Source of the DNA: Spirochaetia bacterium
GTDB taxonomy: Bacteria > Spirochaetota > Spirochaetia > DSM-2461
Direction of reading: 5' to 3'
Assembly (NCBI GenBank): GCA_963668315.1
Contig: OY764216.1
Coordinates: forward strand, 576,001-640,000
Length of the DNA stretch: 64,000 nucleotides
Part shown: piece after piece, positions 58,424-64,000 of the stretch
Position numbering within the stretch: the stretch's first letter is position 1
How the letters are laid out: each line of letters starts with the position of its first letter
Program-made: the position numbers and the translations under genes
Notes under the pieces: generated by a model
Database searches by the model: none
What the model was told of the DNA's origin: nothing
Seen by the model: the letters and a program-made list of their open reading frames with translations, nothing else

Positions 58424-59569
58424 ATGAAAGGTTTTAGGTATAACACGCAAACTGCCCTGTTCTTCGGTCAAAACTGCATTAAAGACAATGCTGATTTCTT
58501 TAAACCCTACGGAAAGCGCGCTGTCATTTTTACGACGAAATTTTATGACGGGTGTGAGAATAAGGGCCTTTCAGATATGCAGGATGTCCTGAAGGGAAAC
58601 GGAGTCGAATATCTGGTTCTCGACAGTGTGGAAGTCGATCCCCCCATTGATAATGTTGTTGATCTGGCCAATAAGGCCACCGAATTCAAACCTGATTTCT
58701 TTGTTGCTATCGGCGGAGGTTCTTCCATTGATACCTGTAAAGCCGTCGCCCTTCTCCTCACCCACCCCGAAATCGAAGATCCCTATGAAGTTTTCTACGG
58801 CATGGGCCATCCTTCCACCAGCATCAAGACCGAAGTGAACATACCAATCTTCGCCGTTCCCACCACGGCAGGAACCGGAGCCGAAGTAACCGGATTCGCC
58901 GTTCTTACCCGTGCCGATACGGATACCAAGCTCTGTATGTACCCTGTCGCCTTCTGCGATGCGGCATTCCTGGATTCCCGCTACATCAGCTGCTCTCCCT
59001 CCTTCCTCATCCACACCGGCGTCATCGACGCTCTGGCCCACGGAGTGGAGACCTATCTGCATGTCAGAAGCAACCCCATGAACAGATACCTGGCGGAGTA
59101 CGGTTTCAAACTTTTCGCCAAGTTCAAGGACGGGATGATTTCCGGCGATCTGGGCAGTGAAGACTATGACAACATGATGCTGGCCTCCTATGTCCAGGGT
59201 ATGGCTTTCATGCAGGCAAGTACCACCATTCCCCACGGCATGGGTTATCCCCTGTCCCATTTCAAGCATGTGAACCACGGTCTCGCCTGCGGAATCTTCC
59301 TCGGTGAATATGTCAGGGGATTCAAGGATCAGTCCTGGGTTCAGCCCATTGTCGAGGCATGCGGCTTCAATAACTCAGATGAATTCGCCGAGTTCTGCAA
59401 AAAGATAACAGAGAAAGATGTCAACATCGAAGTATCTGAAGAGGAAGTTCAGAAATGGACGGATGATTTTATGAAGCTCGACTTCCGTATTGCCAGCAAT
59501 CCGGAGCCACTGAACAGGGATGACATCGAGAATCTCTACCGTAACTCACTGAGCATTTATATTAAATAG
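58424..59569 (+). CDS. Iron-containing alcohol dehydrogenase
   Basis: AIGGGSSIDTCK, PTTAGTGAE, DALAH, HGMGY...HG. Confidence 0.94.
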   Translation: MKGFRYNTQTALFFGQNCIKDNADFFKPYGKRAVIFTTKFYDGCENKGLSDMQDVLKGNGVEYLVLDSVEVDPPIDNVVDLANKATEFKPDFFVAIGGGSSIDTCKAVALLLTHPEIEDPYEVFYGMGHPSTSIKTEVNIPIFAVPTTAGTGAEVTGFAVLTRADTDTKLCMYPVAFCDAAFLDSRYISCSPSFLIHTGVIDALAHGVETYLHVRSNPMNRYLAEYGFKLFAKFKDGMISGDLGSEDYDNMMLASYVQGMAFMQASTTIPHGMGYPLSHFKHVNHGLACGIFLGEYVRGFKDQSWVQPIVEACGFNNSDEFAEFCKKITEKDVNIEVSEEEVQKWTDDFMKLDFRIASNPEPLNRDDIENLYRNSLSIYIK

Positions 59570-59601
59570 TTGAAAAAACCAAAAAATCGGAGGAATAAAA
59601 A

Positions 59602-60513
59602 ATGACAGACACAATAGTGAACATGGACCAGCTTATTGAAGGCGCCGTAGACATGCACGTGCACAGCTACCCGGAGTTTAATAAGGACTTCATCTCGGCA
59701 CGGGATGACTTCGATAATATCAAAGCGGCCCAGGAAGCAGGAATGAAGGGGATTGTCCTGAAGTCTCATACCTTTCCCACTCTGGGAAAAGCCATGGTTC
59801 TGGACCGGATTTTTCCCGACATCAATGTTATGGGAAGTATCGTTCTGAATCAGCCCTGCGGCGGTATCGACCCCGTAACTGTCGAATTGGCCCTGAAAAT
59901 GGGATGCAAAGTCGTCCATATGCCTACCTGGTCTTCCAAATACGACCTGGGAAACAACCTGGCCTTTTTCCTTATGCAGGAGAACATCAAATCCTCCCAT
60001 GCCCTTACCGTAGAGAAAAACGGCCTTTCCATCTATGATGAAAACGGCAAAGTAAGCGAAAATACCATGGAAGTTCTACATCTTGTAAAAGATTACGATG
60101 CCTGTCTTTTCACCGGCCACATGGATGCCGAGGAGAGCGTTAAGACCCTTGAAGTGTGTAAGGAAATCGGCATGAAGAAGGGTGTTTTCGGTCATCCCCT
60201 GGCCCAGGGAACGTCCCTGGAACTGATTGAAAAAGGTCTGGCCGCCGGCTGCTACGTAGAGTTTACCTACCTCTGCATGCACACAATCTACGCCCACCAG
60301 TCCGTACCCAAGATGCTTGAAAGCATAAAAACCCTGGTTAATAAATACGGCGCCGAGCGATTTATCCTCTGCAGTGACCACTTTGACGATATCAGTCCCC
60401 TGGTACCCGAAGGTCTGCGCGAGTTCGTGACAATTCTTGCCAAAAACGGAATCGCCACATCGGATCTCCGCAAAATGGTGGTAGACAACCAGTATAAGCT
60501 CCTCAACCTCTAA
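59602..60513 (+). CDS. Amidohydrolase-superfamily metal-dependent hydrolase (DUF6282-like)
   Basis: DMHVH, VLKSH, MPT, TGH, GHP, CSD; SD GGAGG. Confidence 0.82.
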   Translation: MTDTIVNMDQLIEGAVDMHVHSYPEFNKDFISARDDFDNIKAAQEAGMKGIVLKSHTFPTLGKAMVLDRIFPDINVMGSIVLNQPCGGIDPVTVELALKMGCKVVHMPTWSSKYDLGNNLAFFLMQENIKSSHALTVEKNGLSIYDENGKVSENTMEVLHLVKDYDACLFTGHMDAEESVKTLEVCKEIGMKKGVFGHPLAQGTSLELIEKGLAAGCYVEFTYLCMHTIYAHQSVPKMLESIKTLVNKYGAERFILCSDHFDDISPLVPEGLREFVTILAKNGIATSDLRKMVVDNQYKLLNL

Positions 60514-60530
60514 ATCAAGAGACAAAATAT

Positions 60531-60574
60531 AAAGGGCCTTCCTTAAGTGTAAAAGCTTAAGGAAGGCCCTTTTT
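60531..60574 (+). terminator. Rho-independent terminator (potentially bidirectional)
   Basis: 17-bp stem AAAGGGCCTTCCTTAAG-N8-CTTAAGGAAGGCCCTTT followed by TT. Confidence 0.9.
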
Positions 60575-60640
60575 CATATCAGCCATGGCTGAGCAGGAAA
60601 GAGAGACGATTCGCGGCACCACATACGCAGCGTCTCTTCA

Positions 60641-60845
60641 TCAAAAGATGTTCCGGGCACGGACAAACACGCCCCTATCTCCGCACCAATTGGGAAACCT
60701 CAGAATGACCTTATCAGTGGCTGCCATATTTTCAATGGAAGAGGCCCGTTGGGGCCGGGCGGTCATGGTCCCTTCCTTCTTTGACTGCGCCGCAGAGGCT
60801 CTGTAATCCCGGGGATAGGACTCCGTATCTTTCTATACGAATAGG
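60641..60845 (-). pseudogene. Degenerate internal fragment of a flavodoxin-like gene
   Basis: Minus frame reads SYPRDYRASAAQSKKEGTMTARPQRASSIENMAATDKVILRFPNWCG, matching the flavodoxin segment YPxDY...KxE...ARP...ENM..YD.V.LG(F/Y)PNWWG. There is an upstream stop/frameshift and no FMN-binding N-terminus. Confidence 0.6.
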
Positions 60846-60852
60846 GATAAAT

Positions 60853-60879
60853 AAAAAGCGGCCCCCTAAGGAACCGCTT
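60853..60879 (-). terminator. Rho-independent terminator of the enoate reductase gene
   Basis: Minus strand AAGCGGTTCC-TTAGG-GGGCCGCTT followed by TTT; stem includes G-U pairs. Confidence 0.7.
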
Positions 60880-60909
60880 CTGTTTCATTAAGCAATTACG
60901 AGACCGGAT

Positions 60910-62895
60910 TTACACGTTTCTGGCGATCTCATAGGCATCGGAGATAACAGTCCGGATATTGCCGATACCCGCACCGTCTCCTACCTCGAAAACCTCAATT
61001 CCCGTGTACATAAGGTCTTCTCTCATGGAAGGATTCGGCCGTAACCCTATACAGCTGACGACACTGTCCGCCGCTATGGTGATAAGCTTCCCCTCCATAT
61101 CTTCGATCACAGCGCCCTCGTCATTAATGGCTTTGATTCTGTGGGATGTTTTGATATCGACTTTATAGTGATCAAGAAGATCGCGCAGCATCAAGTTAAC
61201 CGGCTGGGGAATACCGCCGTTGGAAAGAATATCGGGAAGGGCTTCCACAATGGTAACTTTCTTATTTTCATAAGCCGCCAGGTCATAGGCCATTTCCGAG
61301 CCGGTAAGTCCTCCGCCTACGACAACCACATTCTCTCCAAGCTCCTTCGTTCCCATCAGAGCGTCCCAGGCTACGATTGATTTGGCATGATCCCATCCTT
61401 CCACGAATTTGGGAACAAAGTGATAGGAGCCCACGGCCAGAATAGCCGTATCGCAGCCGCTCTTTTTGATATCCTCTGGGGTAATTTTGGTATTCAGATG
61501 AACGGGAACACCCAGCTCCTCAAGCTCTTTCTTATACCATTTATACAGTCTGTTGATACCCAGTTTGAAGGGGTGGTTGCTTCCTTCTATCAGGTGGCCG
61601 CCCAGGGCATCGGTGGCTTCATAAAGCTCAACCTCATGTCCCCTGAGTCTGGCGGTACGGGCGGCCTCCATTCCGGCGGCGCCTCCTCCGACGACCATGA
61701 TCTTTTTCTTCTTCAGGACAGGAGTCGCATTATAGCTGAATTCCTGTGTCACATTGGGATTAACGGAACACTGGATGGAACCCATGGCAAAGAGCGACCG
61801 GATACAGTTCTGGCAGGAAATACAGGGACGGATCTTCTCGGGAATCCCCATCTCCAGTTTCTTGGCAAAGTAGGGATCGACAAGAGACCCGCGGCCGATG
61901 GCCACACCGTCCGTATCACCGTTGCCCACGGCCTCTTCGGCCACATCGGGATCATCCATCTTACCGGCGATAAAAACGGGAATATTGACCGCTTCCTTGA
62001 CTTTTCTGGAAAGCTCCAGGTTGTAACCGTAGGGCTGGTAATAGGGAGGGCAGGCGTAGTAAAAGGAGTCGTAGGTACCGGAGTTGCAGTTTAGCATATC
62101 GTAACCGTAGGATTCCAGCTTCTTCGCGATTTCCACCGCATCCTCGATGGTCCGGCCGATCTCTTCCTCGCCGAAAAGAGAAGGCTGATTATAGCCTTTC
62201 ATGAACCACTTCAGCCCCATTCTCATGGAAACGGGAAAATCTTCGCCGCACTCTTTCTTGATTCCCTCGACAATTTCTCTGGCGAATCTCAGCCGTCCGT
62301 CCAGGTCACCGCCGTATTCATCGGTTCTCTTGTTCGTCAGAGTCTGGGCAAACTGGTCAAGCAGGTAGCCCCAGTGCATGGCATGGACCTCAACACCGTC
62401 GAATCCGCACTCCTTGGCAAATTTAGCCGATTTGATCTCCTCGTCGATTTTATGCCTGATCTCCTCTTTGGTGAGCTCAGTCAAAATCAGCTTGGGATTA
62501 TTCAGATAAGGGAGGGGCGAAGGAGTTTTCTCCGTTCTCATCCTGCCGTGACCTGTGGAAAGCTGAATGAAGACCTTGGTTCCGTAAGAGTGGACCCGGT
62601 CGAGCATATTGGCGGCGGCATTCTTGAAATGCTTGGGCGCGTATAGGGGAGAGATCTGATCGTCCTTGGGATCTTTGAAGTCAACGTACATATCGCTGGG
62701 AATTCCGCCCAAAGTGATCAGGCCGAAACCGCCGCGGGCACGTTCGCAAAGATAATCCACCATGTTAAAGGTATAATCTCCCTTTTCCCCGTAAAGAAGG
62801 AAAAAGGAACCCAGCGGGGATACCTCGAGCCTGTTTTTCACCGTCAACTTATTAATCTGCAAAGGAGACATAAGATGGGGGTATGTTTTATTCAT
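60910..62895 (-). CDS. NADH:flavin oxidoreductase, 2-enoate reductase/BaiH-like (OYE barrel + 4Fe-4S + FAD domain)
   Basis: RARGGFGL, GVEVHAMHWGYLLDQF, RTDEYGG, CISCQNC-x11-C, VGGGAAGMEAA, GGGLTG. Confidence 0.94.
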   Translation of the reverse strand: MNKTYPHLMSPLQINKLTVKNRLEVSPLGSFFLLYGEKGDYTFNMVDYLCERARGGFGLITLGGIPSDMYVDFKDPKDDQISPLYAPKHFKNAAANMLDRVHSYGTKVFIQLSTGHGRMRTEKTPSPLPYLNNPKLILTELTKEEIRHKIDEEIKSAKFAKECGFDGVEVHAMHWGYLLDQFAQTLTNKRTDEYGGDLDGRLRFAREIVEGIKKECGEDFPVSMRMGLKWFMKGYNQPSLFGEEEIGRTIEDAVEIAKKLESYGYDMLNCNSGTYDSFYYACPPYYQPYGYNLELSRKVKEAVNIPVFIAGKMDDPDVAEEAVGNGDTDGVAIGRGSLVDPYFAKKLEMGIPEKIRPCISCQNCIRSLFAMGSIQCSVNPNVTQEFSYNATPVLKKKKIMVVGGGAAGMEAARTARLRGHEVELYEATDALGGHLIEGSNHPFKLGINRLYKWYKKELEELGVPVHLNTKITPEDIKKSGCDTAILAVGSYHFVPKFVEGWDHAKSIVAWDALMGTKELGENVVVVGGGLTGSEMAYDLAAYENKKVTIVEALPDILSNGGIPQPVNLMLRDLLDHYKVDIKTSHRIKAINDEGAVIEDMEGKLITIAADSVVSCIGLRPNPSMREDLMYTGIEVFEVGDGAGIGNIRTVISDAYEIARNV

Positions 62896-63110
62896 TATTT
62901 ACTCCAGAATAGAATTGAGCTTCTTCTATCGAATCCATAATTTTTTTATCGATAATAATATACAATATAATATTAGTTATTTAAAATATTTCTTTTATAT
63001 GGGAACGATCGAAAATTTGTATAATGCATTTTTACCGGTAAACTTGACACGCTCCTTGCAATCCTGAAGGAAAACCGTTTAAATAGAGCAAACGAAAAAA
63101 CGAGAGCGCC

Positions 63111-64000
63111 ATGACCTTACAACAGTTAAAATACTTTATCGAAATATCCAATACACAGAAATTCACATCCGCCGCCCAGAATCTCTATGTGGCCCAGTCC
63201 AGCTTAAGCTACGCCATACACGAACTGGAATACGAGCTGGGCGTTCCTCTTTTCGCCCGCAACCTTAAAAAGCCCGTTACCCTTACCGAATACGGAGAAA
63301 GGTTCCTTCCCTACGCCCGGAACATTCTGAATCTGATAGAAGAGGGGGCCGAAGAATTAAAAAGCATGAACGACCCCCTGTCCGGTACGGTCAAAATGGG
63401 TTTTTTCTACTGCGTTGCCAATTCCGAGATCCCCCATATTTTCAGAAGATTCTACGACGATAATCCCGATTGCAATATCTTCCTCGATTTCGACGTCAAC
63501 CAGGGCTCCGGCAGCATTGACGATCAGCTTCTACTGGGAAAGTACGATCTGATCATCGCCACATCCGAATCGATTAAGGACTGCGAATGTGAAAAAATCG
63601 GCCAGCAGAAACTCAAACTGATCGCGGCCAACAACAATCCCCTGTCCCAAAAGGAAAAAGTGACCCTGTCCGATATTGAGGGAGAGTCCCTTCTGGGAAT
63701 CAACCCCAACTCGAATCTGGATAAATGGATAAGGGAAATGTACAACCACGACGGCCTGAAAACGGATATCACCTACTGTCCGGATTGGATCACCCAGTTC
63801 GGATACGTTGCCATGAACTACGGCGTGGCCGTATCGCCCAGCATGCCCATGTATAAGGACTACACGGTTGAGCTGGAGCTGGACCACCCCATGATCTGGC
63901 GCGATCTCCACCTGTTCTGGCCGAAAAACCGCAAGCTGACCCGGGCCACCGAATTCGTAAGGGACTACATCATCAAGCTGACCTCAAAGGAAAGCCTGAC
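63111..64000 (+). CDS. LysR-family transcriptional regulator (stop codon lies outside the window)
   Basis: Not in the ORF track. MTLQQLKYFIEISNTQKFTSAAQNLYVAQSSLSYAIHELEYELGVPLFAR...LTEYG; frame open to the window end; divergent from the oxidoreductase. Confidence 0.95.
   Translation, partial: MTLQQLKYFIEISNTQKFTSAAQNLYVAQSSLSYAIHELEYELGVPLFARNLKKPVTLTEYGERFLPYARNILNLIEEGAEELKSMNDPLSGTVKMGFFYCVANSEIPHIFRRFYDDNPDCNIFLDFDVNQGSGSIDDQLLLGKYDLIIATSESIKDCECEKIGQQKLKLIAANNNPLSQKEKVTLSDIEGESLLGINPNSNLDKWIREMYNHDGLKTDITYCPDWITQFGYVAMNYGVAVSPSMPMYKDYTVELELDHPMIWRDLHLFWPKNRKLTRATEFVRDYIIKLTSKESL

Noticed and set aside
60585..60806. 73-aa plus-strand ORF
   Set aside because: No SD, starts right after a terminator, and is the antisense of the flavodoxin remnant.
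1..64000. CRISPR arrays, rRNA/tRNA genes, transposases, integrases, phage or recognisable defence genes
   Set aside because: No regularly spaced repeats, cloverleaf structures or catalytic motifs seen. Intergenic gaps are short and mostly explained.

Overview
A gene-dense, fairly GC-rich bacterial chromosomal segment. It is probably from a free-living anaerobic spirochaete, inferred from the spirochaete-style lipoboxes and FANG/YANG signal peptides and the V/A-type ATPase operon in the order C-I-K-F-E-A-B. In order, it holds: a V/A-type ATP synthase operon (B subunit cut by the window edge); an XRE regulator with a beta-helix lipoprotein; a sigma54-driven catabolic operon (M14 deacylase, Dpp/Opp ABC transporter, AbgB-like M20 amidohydrolase, Fe-alcohol dehydrogenase) with its enhancer-binding protein; an AraC/GH2 pair; an aldo-keto reductase; an MBL hydrolase; a short Hsp70-like gene; a CUT2 sugar ABC transporter; an Asp-box propeller lipoprotein; a membrane-anchored GH3; three consecutive YesM/YesN-type two-component systems; a CUT1 ABC + Nfu-like + GH38 operon; a SNF2 ATPase; and an Fe-ADH/amidohydrolase/enoate-reductase/LysR cluster. 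I saw no CRISPR array, rRNA, tRNA, transposase or phage genes. The best leads are a 4-Cys Nfu-like protein translationally coupled inside the sugar-uptake/alpha-mannosidase operon, an unannotated ~180-nt stand-alone transcription unit at ~25 kb (promoter, SD, 32-codon ORF, terminator), and the sigma54 deacylase operon of unknown substrate. All calls come from motif recognition by eye; no database searches were run.
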